Below are positions 18,796 through 28,712 of a stretch of 64,000 bases of DNA, piece after piece. Both the position numbers and the translations under genes were made by a program. The stretch covers positions 265,674-329,673 of the forward strand of contig NZ_CAURWX010000003.1 of assembly GCF_963528945.1 (NCBI RefSeq), written 5' to 3'. A model generated the notes under the pieces. That model was given only the letters and a program-made list of their open reading frames with translations, was not told the origin of the DNA and ran no database searches. Within the stretch, counting starts at the first letter, position 1. Each line of letters opens with the position of its first letter. The stretch comes from an uncultured Microbacterium sp. (GTDB taxonomy: Bacteria > Actinomycetota > Actinomycetes > Actinomycetales > Microbacteriaceae).

Positions 18796-19428
18796 GTGGC
18801 ATCTCCGGCGGCAGACGACTATCTGAAGACGGTGTACGCGCACACCGAGTGGCAGGACGCTCCGATCACCCCGTCGGTCCTCGCGGGCAAGCTGGGCATC
18901 GCCCCGTCGTCGGTGACCGAGATGGTCAAGAAGCTCGCCGCAGCGGGTCTCGTCTCGCACGTTCCCTACGGGGCCGTGCGCCTCACGGATGCCGGAACCC
19001 GGCGCGCGCTGGCCATGGTGCGGCGCCACCGCCTGATCGAGACCTGGCTCGTGCAGGAGTTCGGCTACGGCTGGCACGAGGTGCACGACGAGGCCGAGGT
19101 GCTCGAGCACACGATCAGCGATCGCCTGCTGGAGGGCATCGATGCGCGTCTCGGACGACCGCGCTTCGACCCCCACGGCGATGCCATCCCCGACGCCGAT
19201 GGCAACGTCGAGCGGGTGCCGTTCGTCCTGCTGGCGGATGCTCCGGCAGGCCACGCCGGCACCGTTCTGCGGGTCGACGACCGCGACCCCGAGCTGCTGC
19301 GCACCCTGGAGGCACTCGGCGTCGACGTCTCGTCGCGGGTGCGCGTGACGGCATCCGGCCTCGAGGTGGACGGTACCGAAGTGGGGCTGCCCGACGGCGC
19401 CGCCCAGGTCGTCTGGCTCACCGCCTGA
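18796..19428 (+). CDS. mntR: DtxR/MntR family metal-dependent transcriptional regulator
   Basis: 210 aa with a winged HTH (DYLKTVY...VLAGKLGIAPSSVTEMVKKL), a metal-site region (HRLIETWL...HDEAEVLEH) and a C-terminal SH3-like domain. Confidence 0.85.
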   Translation: MASPAADDYLKTVYAHTEWQDAPITPSVLAGKLGIAPSSVTEMVKKLAAAGLVSHVPYGAVRLTDAGTRRALAMVRRHRLIETWLVQEFGYGWHEVHDEAEVLEHTISDRLLEGIDARLGRPRFDPHGDAIPDADGNVERVPFVLLADAPAGHAGTVLRVDDRDPELLRTLEALGVDVSSRVRVTASGLEVDGTEVGLPDGAAQVVWLTA

Positions 19429-19472
19429 CACCCTCTCACCTGCGGGAAACCCGCTCCCTCTAGGCTGAGCAC

Positions 19473-20285
19473 ATGGGACAACACCGCGATGACATCGAAT
19501 GCTGGCTCACCGACATGGACGGCGTCCTCGTGCACGAGAACACCGCCATCCCCGGGGCATCCGAGCTGCTCGCCGGCTGGGAGCGCAACGACATCCCCTA
19601 CCTCGTCCTGACGAACAACTCGATCTTCACCGCTCGCGACCTCTCCGCCCGCCTGCGAGCCAGCGGCCTCATCGTGCCCGAGGAGCGCATCTGGACCTCG
19701 GCGCTCGCCACGGCCGACTTCCTCGCGCAGCAGCTCCCGGGCGGATCCGCCTTCGTGATCGGTGAGGCGGGCATCCTCACCGCCCTGCACGAGGCCGGCT
19801 TCATCATGACCGAGACGGCGCCCGACTTCGTCGTCGTGGGCGAGACCCGCAACTACTCGTTCGAGGCGATCACCAAGGCGATCCGACACATCAACAAGGG
19901 TTCGCGCTTCATCGTCACCAACCCCGACGCCACCGGACCGAGCGCCGACGGCGTGCTGCCGGCCACCGGGGCGATCGCCGCGCTCATCACGAAGGCCACG
20001 GGCAAGGAACCCTACGTCGTCGGCAAGCCCAACCCGATGATGTTCCGTTCCGCGCTCAACAAGATCGGCGCGCACTCGAAGAAGACCGGTATGATCGGCG
20101 ACCGCATGGACACCGACATCGTCGCGGGGATCGAGGCCGGCCTGCACACGGTGCTCGTCATGACGGGTATCAGCGACCAGGCCGAGATAGAGAAGTACCC
20201 GTTCCGCCCGGACGAGGTCGTCGACTCGGTCGCCGACCTGCTGCCAACCGTCACCGAGTCGATCCCCACGCTCGACGAGGACTGA
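19473..20285 (+). CDS. HAD-IIA family hydrolase (NagD-like)
   Basis: 270 aa with the DMDGVL nucleophile motif, LTNNS, and GDRMDTDIVAG motif IV. TAGGCT-N6-ATG. Confidence 0.85.
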   Translation: MGQHRDDIECWLTDMDGVLVHENTAIPGASELLAGWERNDIPYLVLTNNSIFTARDLSARLRASGLIVPEERIWTSALATADFLAQQLPGGSAFVIGEAGILTALHEAGFIMTETAPDFVVVGETRNYSFEAITKAIRHINKGSRFIVTNPDATGPSADGVLPATGAIAALITKATGKEPYVVGKPNPMMFRSALNKIGAHSKKTGMIGDRMDTDIVAGIEAGLHTVLVMTGISDQAEIEKYPFRPDEVVDSVADLLPTVTESIPTLDED

Positions 20286-20286
20286 C

Positions 20287-20853
20287 ATGGGCGTGCTCGA
20301 CGACGGCGAGCGCGTCACGGCCGCGGATGCCGGGGCCTGGCGTGCGTGGCTCGAGGAGAACCACACCCGCCCGCACGGCGTCTGGCTGATGCGTGCTCGC
20401 GGAGCCGCGAGCGACGGCATCTCCTACGACGACGCCGTGCGCCAGGCCCTGTGCTTCGGTTGGATCGACGGACCGGTGCGCGTGATCGCCGGTGACAACG
20501 CCCAATGGTTCTCGCCCCGTCGGAGGGGGAGCGGCTGGGCGGCGACGAACAAGGCCCGGCTCATCGAGCTCGAGGCGGCCGGGATGCTCGCGCCCGCGGG
20601 CATCCGCATGGTCGAGGCCGCGAAGGCCGACGGGTCGTGGACCCTGCTCGACGGCCCCGAGGCCGGGATCGAGCCGCCGGAACTCACCGCGGCCCTCGAC
20701 GCCGTTCCCGCCGCGCGGACGAACTGGGATGCATTCCCGCCGTCGGTGAAGAAGTTCGGCCTCACGCAGATCGCGACGGCGAGACGACCGGCGACGCGCG
20801 AGGCCCGCATCGCGAAGATCGTGGCGGATGCCGCGGAGGGAAGGCGACCATGA
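20287..20853 (+). CDS. YdeI/OmpD-associated family protein
   Basis: 188 aa with a conserved WRAWLEENH...GVWL...FGWIDG pattern. Starts 1 nt after the HAD stop codon. Confidence 0.65.
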   Translation: MGVLDDGERVTAADAGAWRAWLEENHTRPHGVWLMRARGAASDGISYDDAVRQALCFGWIDGPVRVIAGDNAQWFSPRRRGSGWAATNKARLIELEAAGMLAPAGIRMVEAAKADGSWTLLDGPEAGIEPPELTAALDAVPAARTNWDAFPPSVKKFGLTQIATARRPATREARIAKIVADAAEGRRP

Positions 20854-21011
20854 CCCAGAGCGACATGCTCTTCCTCGTGCTGATCCTGATCGGACTCAGC
20901 TCGATCACCCTGTTCATCGTGCAGTTCGTGCGCTCGCGGCGCCGCGGACCCGGAGACGACCGCGGCGGCAACTGGTGGGAGGGCCCGTGGGACGAGGACG
21001 GCCGGCGCTAG
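20850..21011 (+). CDS. small single-TM protein
   Basis: 53 aa, ATGA overlap with the upstream stop, one hydrophobic helix (LFLVLILIGLSSITLFIV), high GC3. Confidence 0.4.
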   Translation: MTQSDMLFLVLILIGLSSITLFIVQFVRSRRRGPGDDRGGNWWEGPWDEDGRR

Positions 21012-21036
21012 TTCGACCGGCGCGCTCCCGCCCCCG

Positions 21037-22197
21037 CTAGGAGCCCGTGGTCAACGTCAGACCCGAGACGGCCTCGACCGGCTCGGGCAGGCGCAGCGGG
21101 CCCGCCCCCGGGGTGATGGTGCCGAGGACGCGCGGCGCGCGAGCACCGGTACCGCCCGGAACGATCGCGGGGACGCCGTGCAGTGTGCACCAGCCGATCA
21201 GCGCGAAGAGGATCGCCTCCTTGCTGTCGACCGGGGCGCCGAGCTCGTCGGCGAGCACGACGTCGACGTCGGGCAGGGCCGACCGCAGCCCGTCGAGGAT
21301 CACCGGGTTGTGGCATCCGCCGCCCGAGACCGCGAGGTAGCGGATGCCGGCGGCGCGCACGTCATCCGCCACGGTGCGCACGGTCAGCTCGGTGAGGGTG
21401 CGCACGAGGTCGGCGTCGGAGATGTCGCGCCCCGCGGTGTGGGCCCGCACATAGTCGAGGTGGAAGTGCTCCTTGCCCGTGCTCTTCGGCGCGGCGAGGG
21501 CGTAGTAGGGGTCGGCGAGGAGCGCGTCGAGGAGCGCGTCGTCGACGGTGCCCGCCCGGGCGATCGCTGCGTCGTCGTCGTACCCCTTGTGGTTCAGCCC
21601 CCGGTCGACGACGACGGCGTCGACGAGCGCGTTCGCCGGTCCGATGTCGTAGGCGGTGATCTTCCCGTCGGCCACGACGGTCATGTTGGAGATGCCCCCG
21701 AGGTTGAGGGCGGCAGCGGTCCCGCCGCGACCGCGCAGCAGCAGCTCGTCGAGGAACGACACCAGCGGAGCGCCGTGTCCGCCGGCGGTGATGTCGCGGA
21801 TGCGCACGTCCGAGACCACGGGCACCCCGACGGCCTCGGCGATCCACGCCGGTTGGCCGATCTGCAGGGTGCCGCGGGCGTGGTCGCCCTCGACCCAGTG
21901 GAAGACGGTCTGCCCGTGCGAGCAGACCGCGTCGACTCCCCCGACGGCGGAGGCGGCGTTGGCGGCGACCTCGGCGAACGCCTGACCGATGAGCGTGTCG
22001 AGCTCGCAAACCTCGGCGAGCGTCGTCTGCGCCGGCGGCAGCGCCGCGATCAGACGCGCGCGCAGGTCGTCGGCGTAGGGCACGCTGTCGTCGTGCAGCA
22101 CCGCGCCCGTCAGGGCCCCTCCCTCGATAGCGAAGTCGACCACCGCCACGTCGATCCCGTCGTGCGAGGTGCCGGAGATGAGGCCGAGTACGCGCAT
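21037..22197 (-). CDS. anmK: anhydro-N-acetylmuramic acid kinase
   Basis: 386 aa with the [20 protein letters not shown]-terminus typical of AnmK. Confidence 0.9.
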   Translation of the reverse strand: MRVLGLISGTSHDGIDVAVVDFAIEGGALTGAVLHDDSVPYADDLRARLIAALPPAQTTLAEVCELDTLIGQAFAEVAANAASAVGGVDAVCSHGQTVFHWVEGDHARGTLQIGQPAWIAEAVGVPVVSDVRIRDITAGGHGAPLVSFLDELLLRGRGGTAAALNLGGISNMTVVADGKITAYDIGPANALVDAVVVDRGLNHKGYDDDAAIARAGTVDDALLDALLADPYYALAAPKSTGKEHFHLDYVRAHTAGRDISDADLVRTLTELTVRTVADDVRAAGIRYLAVSGGGCHNPVILDGLRSALPDVDVVLADELGAPVDSKEAILFALIGWCTLHGVPAIVPGGTGARAPRVLGTITPGAGPLRLPEPVEAVSGLTLTTGS

Positions 22198-22271
22198 GGT
22201 GCATCCTTCCGTCGTCGTCCTCCGACCCTACGCGGTATTTGTTAGGACTGTGAACGGATGCATCGCTCGCC

Positions 22272-22353
22272 GAGACGCGATTCGTCGCGAGACACCAGAT
22301 TCGGCGCGAGACATCACCGCGCACGTGGGGCCTCGCGCGGCGCGTGGTGTCTC
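22272..22353. repeat. hairpin repeat family C, copy 2 (three direct GAGAC-type units plus inverted GTGGTGTCTC)
   Basis: Direct units at 22272, 22289 and 22308. Inverted unit at 22344-22353. 26-nt loop as in the other copies. Confidence 0.85.
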
Positions 22354-22511
22354 GCACACGCCCTCTGGCGTGGAGGCGACTCGTCCTGCACGGCGCCCCA
22401 AAAATTCGTGTTCTCCACAGTTCAGCGGCATGTCCGGGCGCGCGCAGCGGCACGCCGGGGCGGCACGTATCGTCCGTCACGGAACCGGAGTTCAGGTCGC
22501 ACAATAGGAGG

Positions 22512-22874
22512 ATGTTCGTGTCCGCAGAGACTTTCGCCGTCGTGCTCAGTGCCGTCGGGATCGTGCTGAGCCTCGGAACCGCCATGCTCGCCGGATTCGC
22601 GTGGTGCGTGCGGCGCATCGACGCGGTCGAGACGAAACTCACCACGCGCATCGACACGGTCGAGACGAAACTCACCACGCGCATCGACACTGTCGACACG
22701 AAGCTCACCGCGCGTATCGACGCGGTCGAGACGAAGCTCACCAATCGCATCGACGCGGTCGAGACGAATCTCACCGCCTGCATCGACGCGGTCGCGGAGG
22801 ATGTAACGGAACTCACGGTCTCCGTCGCCCGCATCGAGGGCCCCGCTCGACACCTGTTCGTGCCGGGTCATTGA
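22512..22874 (+). CDS. membrane-anchored protein with 11-residue (hendecad) tandem repeats
   Basis: AGGAGG RBS. 120 aa with an N-terminal TM helix, then RIDAVETKLTT-type units x5, then a degenerate sixth unit. Confidence 0.6.
   Translation: MFVSAETFAVVLSAVGIVLSLGTAMLAGFAWCVRRIDAVETKLTTRIDTVETKLTTRIDTVDTKLTARIDAVETKLTNRIDAVETNLTACIDAVAEDVTELTVSVARIEGPARHLFVPGH
22614..22778 (+). repeat. 5 x 33-bp in-frame tandem repeat inside the CDS
   Basis: Units start at 22614, 22647, 22680, 22713 and 22746, with 1-3 aa differences per 11-aa unit. They encode RID[AT]V[ED]T[KN]LT[TAN]. Confidence 0.9.
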
Positions 22875-22887
22875 ACGGCCCGAAGAA

Positions 22888-23790
22888 CTAGCGGAGCACG
22901 AGGGCCGCGGCGCCGATGAGCGGCCCCTCGTCACCGAGACCCGACCGCACCACCCGCGCACGACGGGAGTACTCGTGCACGGCGCTCGCCGTGAGAGCCT
23001 CCTGCACCAGGTCGATGTAGTCCGACGACACCCGCGAGAAGCCTCCGCCGATCGCCACCATGTCGAGGTCGACCAGGGTCGCGGCATCCGCCAGAGCCTC
23101 GCCGACCGCCTTCGCCGATCGCTCGATCGCCGCCCGCGCGGTGACATCGCCCGCAGCGGAGTCCCGAGCCAGGTCCTCACCGGTCGATCCGACCCAGCCC
23201 TGCGCCTGCGCCCAGGCGACACTGGCCGGCCCGGAGGCGATCTCCTCGAGGGTGAGCCCACCCTCCCGGCGGATCTGCCCGAGGTGGCCGGCGTTTCCGG
23301 ATGCTCCGGGGATGTACGCCCCGGCGACCACGAACCCCCCGCCGACGCCGGTCGAGACGACGATCGACAGCGAGGCCCGGGCATCCTGCGTTGCGCCGCG
23401 CCAGGCCTCGGCGAGCGCGAGAGCACCGCCGTCGTGACCCAGGACCGCGCTCACCTCGCGCCCGAGCACCGCCGAGGCCTCGCGGCGCACGGCCTCGGCG
23501 AGGCCGTATCCGTGCGCTCCGGGCATGTTCACGGGCACGATGCTGCCGGTGCGCCGGTCGACGGGCCCCGCGCTCCCCGCGCCCGCGCCGACGAGCTCGG
23601 CCCCGTCGGGCAGCGCCGCGAGAGCGTGACGCACGATCTCGGCGACGGCGGCGTCGAGCGAGGCGGCCGTGGCGTCGCGGCCGGTGGCTTGGCGACTGCG
23701 GCTGCCCTCGACGAGGGTGCCGTCTTCGGCCACCAGAGCGGCTTCCATCTTCGTACCGCCGACGTCGACGGCGAGGGCGTAGCGGGTCAC
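22888..23790 (-). CDS. ROK family sugar kinase/regulator-like protein
   Basis: 300 aa with the ALAVDVGGTKMEAA ATP motif and SIVVSTGVGGGFV...GNAGHLG. The GTG start overlaps the pyrE stop (GTGA). Confidence 0.85.
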   Translation of the reverse strand: MTRYALAVDVGGTKMEAALVAEDGTLVEGSRSRQATGRDATAASLDAAVAEIVRHALAALPDGAELVGAGAGSAGPVDRRTGSIVPVNMPGAHGYGLAEAVRREASAVLGREVSAVLGHDGGALALAEAWRGATQDARASLSIVVSTGVGGGFVVAGAYIPGASGNAGHLGQIRREGGLTLEEIASGPASVAWAQAQGWVGSTGEDLARDSAAGDVTARAAIERSAKAVGEALADAATLVDLDMVAIGGGFSRVSSDYIDLVQEALTASAVHEYSRRARVVRSGLGDEGPLIGAAALVLR

Positions 23791-24347
23791 TGCGGGTCGA
23801 GCCCGAGGTCGTCGAGGTCGAATGCCGCACGCCACTCGAGGCCCTCGGCTTCGATGGCGGCCCGCGCACCGGTCTTGCGGTCGACGATCACCGCGACCGC
23901 GACGACCTCTGCGCCTTCCTTGCGCAGCGCTTCGACGGCTTTCAGCGCGGACTGCCCGGTCGTGGAGGTGTCTTCGAGCACCACCACGCGCTTGCCGGCG
24001 ACGTCTGCGCCCTCGATCTGGCGACCGCGGCCGTGGTCCTTCGGCTCCTTGCGCACCACGAACGCGTCGAGGGGGCGATCGGTCGCGACCGACGCGTGCA
24101 TGACCGAGTTCGCGATCGGGTCGGCACCCAGGGTGAGACCGCCGACGGCGGCGACGTCGAGGTCGCCGATGAGGTCGAGCATGATGCGGCCGATGGCGGG
24201 GGCGGCGCGATGGTCGAGCGTCAGTTTGCGCATGTCGACGTAGTACGTCGCCTTCTTGCCGCTGGAGAGGGTGAAGTCGCCGTGGAACACCGCCTCGTCC
24301 GTGATGAGGGCGAGGAGGTTCTGACGGTCTGCGTCGAGTGCGGTCAC
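23787..24347 (-). CDS. pyrE: orotate phosphoribosyltransferase
   Basis: 186 aa with the PRPP loop VVVLEDTSTTGQS. Confidence 0.9.
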   Translation of the reverse strand: MTALDADRQNLLALITDEAVFHGDFTLSSGKKATYYVDMRKLTLDHRAAPAIGRIMLDLIGDLDVAAVGGLTLGADPIANSVMHASVATDRPLDAFVVRKEPKDHGRGRQIEGADVAGKRVVVLEDTSTTGQSALKAVEALRKEGAEVVAVAVIVDRKTGARAAIEAEGLEWRAAFDLDDLGLDPQ

Positions 24348-24432
24348 GGCGTCCAGTGTAGAGCGCTCTTGCTATGACTGCGCTGTCATGCTCGGGTGGG
24401 TCGTCGTCGCGGCTACTGTCCGACCCCGCAAC

Positions 24433-24438
24433 TAGGCT
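24433..24438 (+). promoter_or_regulatory. -10 hexamer TAGGCT, 6 nt before the xthA ATG (leaderless layout)
   Basis: TAGGCT-N6-ATG(24445). Confidence 0.4.
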
Positions 24439-24444
24439 GGACGC

Positions 24445-25290
24445 ATGCGCTTGGCCACCTGGAACGTCAACTCCATCCGCACTCGTGTCGCCCGCACCGT
24501 CGAGTTCGCGGTTCGCGAAGACATCGATGTGCTCGCCATGCAGGAGATCAAGTGCAAGCCGGAGCAGTTCCCGTACGCGGCCTTCGAAGAGGCCGGGTAT
24601 CAGGTCGAGGTGCACGGCCTGAATCAGTGGAACGGTGTCGCGATCGCCAGCCGCCTGCCCATGAGCGACGTGCGCACCTCTTTCGACGGCATGCCGGGGT
24701 TCGCAAAGGGCCATGAGGGTCCGGATGCGCCGCTCGAGGCGCGCGCGCTCGGAGTCATGGTCGACGGCGTGCGGGTGTGGAGCCTGTACGTGCCCAACGG
24801 ACGCTCGCTGAACGACCCCCACTACACGTACAAGCTGCACTGGCTCGAAGCCCTCAAGACCTCGACCGCCGCCGAGCTCGCCGCGACGCCCGGTCTTCCC
24901 CTCGCGCTCGTCGGCGACTTCAACATCATCCCGTTCGACTCCGACAACGGTGACCCCGACATCGTCGAGGGTGTCTCCACCCACGTCTCGCCCCCCGAGC
25001 GTGCGGCGTTCTTCGCGCTCGCCGATGCGGGCGTCACCGATGTCGTGCGCCCCCTGCTGCCCGAGGGGTACACCTACTGGGACTACCAGCGGCTCAAGTT
25101 CCCCCGCAACGAGGGCATCCGCATCGACTTCATCCTCGGCTCGTCGTCCTTCGCCGACGCCGTCACGGGTGCATCGATCCACCGCGAGGAGCGCAAGGGC
25201 GAGCAGCCCAGCGATCACGTGCCCGTCGTCGCCGAAATCGACCTCGGCGGCGCCGACGACGACGGCGACCTGCCCATGATCTTCTCGTGA
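24445..25290 (+). CDS. xthA: exodeoxyribonuclease III
   Basis: 281 aa with RLATWNVNSIR, LAMQEIK and SDHVPV motifs. Confidence 0.9.
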   Translation: MRLATWNVNSIRTRVARTVEFAVREDIDVLAMQEIKCKPEQFPYAAFEEAGYQVEVHGLNQWNGVAIASRLPMSDVRTSFDGMPGFAKGHEGPDAPLEARALGVMVDGVRVWSLYVPNGRSLNDPHYTYKLHWLEALKTSTAAELAATPGLPLALVGDFNIIPFDSDNGDPDIVEGVSTHVSPPERAAFFALADAGVTDVVRPLLPEGYTYWDYQRLKFPRNEGIRIDFILGSSSFADAVTGASIHREERKGEQPSDHVPVVAEIDLGGADDDGDLPMIFS

Positions 25291-25300
25291 GCATCCACCC

Positions 25301-26110
25301 ATGCGGCTGATCGCGACCGACCTCGACGGCACGCTCCTCGATTCGTCCTCGTCGGTGACCCCGCGCACCCGGCGTGCGCTCGACGCCGCGCGTGAACGCG
25401 GCGTCCACGTGGTGCCGGTGACCGCCCGGCAGCCGATCGGTCTGCGGGCGATCGCCGCGGAGGCCGATTTCCGCGGTTGGGCGCTGTGCAGCAACGGCGC
25501 CTACGCCACCCACCTGGCCGACGGGCGCCTGCTGTTCGCCGAAGAGCTGCCCGCAGAGACCCTGCGCTCGCTGGCGCAGGCCCTGAGCGCGAGCATCCCC
25601 GACCTTCTCTTCGCGAGCGTGCGCGACGCCGGCGAGACCTTCGTGGCGCAGCAGGGCTACGCGGCGATCGCCGACCACTCCGACCACAAGCGCGACCCGG
25701 AGTCGATGGGCGGTGTGCCGCTCGACGCGGTTCTCGACGCCCCGAGCGTGAAGTTCGTGATCCGGCATCCCGAGCTCGCGCCTCCCGCCGTGTTCGAGGC
25801 GCTACGGGCCCTCGAACTCAGCGGTTTCGAGGCCACCCTCTCGGGGGCGCCCTTCGTCGAGGTGATGGCCGAGGGCGTCACGAAGGCGAGCGGTCTCGCC
25901 CGATTGTGCGCGCACCTCGACATCGACCGCGCCGACGTCGTCGCGTTCGGTGACGCGTTGAACGATGTCGAGATGCTGCGCTGGGCGGGTCGAGGCGTGG
26001 CGATGGGCGGGGCCAACGAGGCCGTGCGCGACGCGGCCGACGAGCAGACCGTGTCGAACGACGACGACGGAGTCGCGCGGGTGATCGAGCGGATGCTCGC
26101 CGAGCACTGA
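25301..26110 (+). CDS. Cof-type HAD-IIB family hydrolase
   Basis: 269 aa with LIATDLDGTLL, VTARQ and FGDALNDVEML motifs. Confidence 0.85.
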   Translation: MRLIATDLDGTLLDSSSSVTPRTRRALDAARERGVHVVPVTARQPIGLRAIAAEADFRGWALCSNGAYATHLADGRLLFAEELPAETLRSLAQALSASIPDLLFASVRDAGETFVAQQGYAAIADHSDHKRDPESMGGVPLDAVLDAPSVKFVIRHPELAPPAVFEALRALELSGFEATLSGAPFVEVMAEGVTKASGLARLCAHLDIDRADVVAFGDALNDVEMLRWAGRGVAMGGANEAVRDAADEQTVSNDDDGVARVIERMLAEH

Positions 26111-26152
26111 CCGGCCGGAGTCAGAACCCCGGCGACGTCGACTCGGGCGCGG

Positions 26153-27397
26153 TCATCGACCCTCGGGGGAAGAGCCGCCGCCGGAAGAGCCGCCGACGGA
26201 AGAGCCGCCGACGGATGAAGCCGGAGCTCCGCCGCGCAGACCGAGCGCCGCCCCCACCCCCGCGGCCGCGACGAGAACGGCGACGGCCCCGATCCCGAGC
26301 GCCGGTACGGTCGCGGTGGCCACGGCTCCCGCAACCAGCGGGCCGCCGGCGTCGCCGAGCTCGCGCCCGAGTTCCGCGCTGCCCATGGTGCGCCCCATGC
26401 GCTCCGGGGGCGTCGTCGCAGCGAGGTGCGAGAAGGCCACGGGCGTCGCGATTCCCACGCCCGCGCCGACGAGCACCGCCGTCACCACGAGCGCCACGGG
26501 ATGGGGCAGGAGGGCGGCGAGCGCGATGCCGACCGAGATCAGCAGAAGACCGAAGAACATCGCGGCGCGCACCGAGACCCGCCCGCGGTCGTGGGCGGCA
26601 CCGGTGAGCGGTTGGAGGATGCTCGACACCACCGCGAGCACGGTCACGATCGCCATGCTCCCGACCGTGCCCAGCCCGATCTGCCGCCCCAGCAGAGGGA
26701 GGAAGCCGACGGCCACGGCGAGCGCGCCGGTCGTCGCGGCGAGCACCAGCGTCGGGACGAGGAAGCCCGGGGCGGTGAGCTCGCGCCCGAGGTCGGCCAG
26801 CGTCACACGCTTGCGGGGAAGGACGGGCACGGCGGGCACGGCGACCGCCACCCACACGGCGGCAGCGAGACCGATCACCGCGAGGGCCCAGAACAGCAGC
26901 GGGAGGCCGCCCCACACGACGAGCACGGCGCCGAGCAGGGGTCCCAGCGCGTAACCGAGGCTCTTCCACGAGCCGTACCGGCCGAAGTACCGTCCCCGCG
27001 TGCTCTCGTCGGTCAGCCGGGCGACCGCCGCCGAGGAGGCGGGCGAGAAGGCGGATGCGGCGGCACCCTGGCCGAACCGGGCGACGACGAGGCCGACCAT
27101 GCCGGGGACCGTCGCCCCGACGACCGAGAAGGCGGCGAAGGCGAGCAGCCCGCCGACGACGACGGGGCGCACCCCCACCCGGTCGCTCACCGCGCCGAAC
27201 AGCGGCTTGAGCAGCACCTCGGCGAGGTCGTACAGCGCCAGAGTCAGGCCGAACGCGAGCAGCGTCCATCCGATGTCCTCGGTCTCGGCGCCGAGCGCCG
27301 CGGCGATGCCGTGCGCACCGAAGGCGGTCGTGAAGCCGGCGAGGTACAGGGGGGCGAGGCGAGGGCGCGGCGCTATGGTCACGCTCGATTCTGTCAT
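26153..27397 (-). CDS. MFS transporter
   Basis: 414 aa, 12 TM, with the GAVSDRVGVRP loop motif. Confidence 0.8.
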   Translation of the reverse strand: MTESSVTIAPRPRLAPLYLAGFTTAFGAHGIAAALGAETEDIGWTLLAFGLTLALYDLAEVLLKPLFGAVSDRVGVRPVVVGGLLAFAAFSVVGATVPGMVGLVVARFGQGAAASAFSPASSAAVARLTDESTRGRYFGRYGSWKSLGYALGPLLGAVLVVWGGLPLLFWALAVIGLAAAVWVAVAVPAVPVLPRKRVTLADLGRELTAPGFLVPTLVLAATTGALAVAVGFLPLLGRQIGLGTVGSMAIVTVLAVVSSILQPLTGAAHDRGRVSVRAAMFFGLLLISVGIALAALLPHPVALVVTAVLVGAGVGIATPVAFSHLAATTPPERMGRTMGSAELGRELGDAGGPLVAGAVATATVPALGIGAVAVLVAAAGVGAALGLRGGAPASSVGGSSVGGSSGGGSSPEGR

Positions 27398-27434
27398 CCG
27401 CCGTGCGGGGGATGCCGCACCGCGCCTCCGCCCC

Positions 27435-27440
27435 TACGGT
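27435..27440 (+). promoter_or_regulatory. -10-like TACGGT, 6 nt before the ATG of the histidine kinase
   Basis: TACGGT-N6-ATG(27447). Confidence 0.3.
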
Positions 27441-27446
27441 GGAATC

Positions 27447-28712
27447 ATGCCCGCCGAGTTCACGCGCACCCCGACCGCGCGCGACCACCGCAACGACCTG
27501 CTGCTGGCCGCCGTGCTGTTCGTCGGCGCGGTGCTCAGCGCCGCCCTCTCGTCGATCTCGCAGATCTACGGCGACGAGCAGGCCGAGCTGTGGACCGCGC
27601 TGGTCTACGCGGTCGTCGTCACCGCTCCCCTCGCGGTACGCCGCCGGTGGCCTGCCGCCGTCGCGATCGTCGTCTCGGTGGCGTACTTCGTCGCCGTCAC
27701 GATCCGCGTGCCCGAGATCTATGTGGGCAATATCGCCATGTTCATCGGCCTGTACTCGGTCGGCGCCTGGATGAGCAACCGTCGCGCCGCCCTCCTCGTG
27801 CGCGTCGGCATCATCGTGGGCATGTTCGCCTGGCTGATCGTCACCTCGTACCGCGACGCGATCGGTCAGGCCGACGAGGCCGAGGTGGTCGCGGGTGCGA
27901 TGTCGCCGTACGTGGCGTTCATGCTCATCCAGATCCTCCTCAACATGCTCTACTTCGGTGGCGCGTACTACTTCGGCGACCGCTCCTGGCAGGCGGCGCA
28001 GCAGCGCGCGGTGCTCGAGGAGCGCACCCGCGACCTGGAGCGCGAGCGCGAGGTCACCGCCGCGCAGGCCGTGGCCCTCGACCGCGTGCGCATCGCCCGC
28101 GAGCTGCACGACGTCGTGGCGCACCACGTGTCGGTGATGGGCGTGCAGGCCGGGGCGGCCCGACTGGTGATCGACCACGACGCGGCCCGCGCCAAAGGCA
28201 TCCTCGCCGGTATCGAGGGGTCGGCCCGCGACGCGATCGGCGAGCTGCGGCAACTGCTCGAGACCTTGCGCACCCCGGGGGGCGAGACGACCGATGCCGG
28301 CTCGACCGTCGGCCTCGACGACGTCGGCGACCTCGTGGAGTCGTCGGTGGAGGCCGGACTCCCGACCACGTTCCAGGTGATCGGCGAGGCGGCGGATGTG
28401 CCGCCCCTCGTCGCGGTCAACCTCTACCGCATCGTGCAGGAGTCGCTCACGAACGCCCGCCGGCATGCCGGCCCCGGCGCGACAGCCGACGTGCGCGTGC
28501 GCTACGACGACGAGGGCGTCGAGGTCGAGATCGTGAACTCGGGCCGTCGGGTGAGCCAATTGCGCCCCGGTCTCGGGCAGCTCGGCATGCGCGAACGCGC
28601 CGTCGCCTCCGGGGGCACGATCGAGGTGGCGCCGCGTCCGCAGGGCGGGGTGCGGGTGCGCGCCCGGGTACCGTTGTCGACGACTCCCACCCCGCAGAGG
28701 ACCTCCGCATGA
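27447..28712 (+). CDS. sensor histidine kinase, HisKA_3 (DesK/LiaS/NarX-like) type
   Basis: 421 aa with a multi-TM N-terminus, H-box RIARELHDVVAHHVSVM and an HATPase region (ESLTNARRHAG). Confidence 0.85.
   Translation: MPAEFTRTPTARDHRNDLLLAAVLFVGAVLSAALSSISQIYGDEQAELWTALVYAVVVTAPLAVRRRWPAAVAIVVSVAYFVAVTIRVPEIYVGNIAMFIGLYSVGAWMSNRRAALLVRVGIIVGMFAWLIVTSYRDAIGQADEAEVVAGAMSPYVAFMLIQILLNMLYFGGAYYFGDRSWQAAQQRAVLEERTRDLEREREVTAAQAVALDRVRIARELHDVVAHHVSVMGVQAGAARLVIDHDAARAKGILAGIEGSARDAIGELRQLLETLRTPGGETTDAGSTVGLDDVGDLVESSVEAGLPTTFQVIGEAADVPPLVAVNLYRIVQESLTNARRHAGPGATADVRVRYDDEGVEVEIVNSGRRVSQLRPGLGQLGMRERAVASGGTIEVAPRPQGGVRVRARVPLSTTPTPQRTSA

Noticed and set aside
22247-22421. Possible terminal inverted repeats (ACTGTGAAC ... 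GTTCTCCACAGT) around repeat C2, suggesting a ~175-bp MITE.
   Set aside because: Only 6-9 nt match, with an internal 3-nt indel. There is no target-site duplication, and the motif was not seen around copies C1 or C3.
22614-22778. The 33-bp tandem repeat as a non-coding satellite or minimal CRISPR-like array.
   Set aside because: The repeats are contiguous with no spacers. They are in frame within an ORF that has a strong RBS and a TM helix, and the substitutions are mostly conservative at the protein level.
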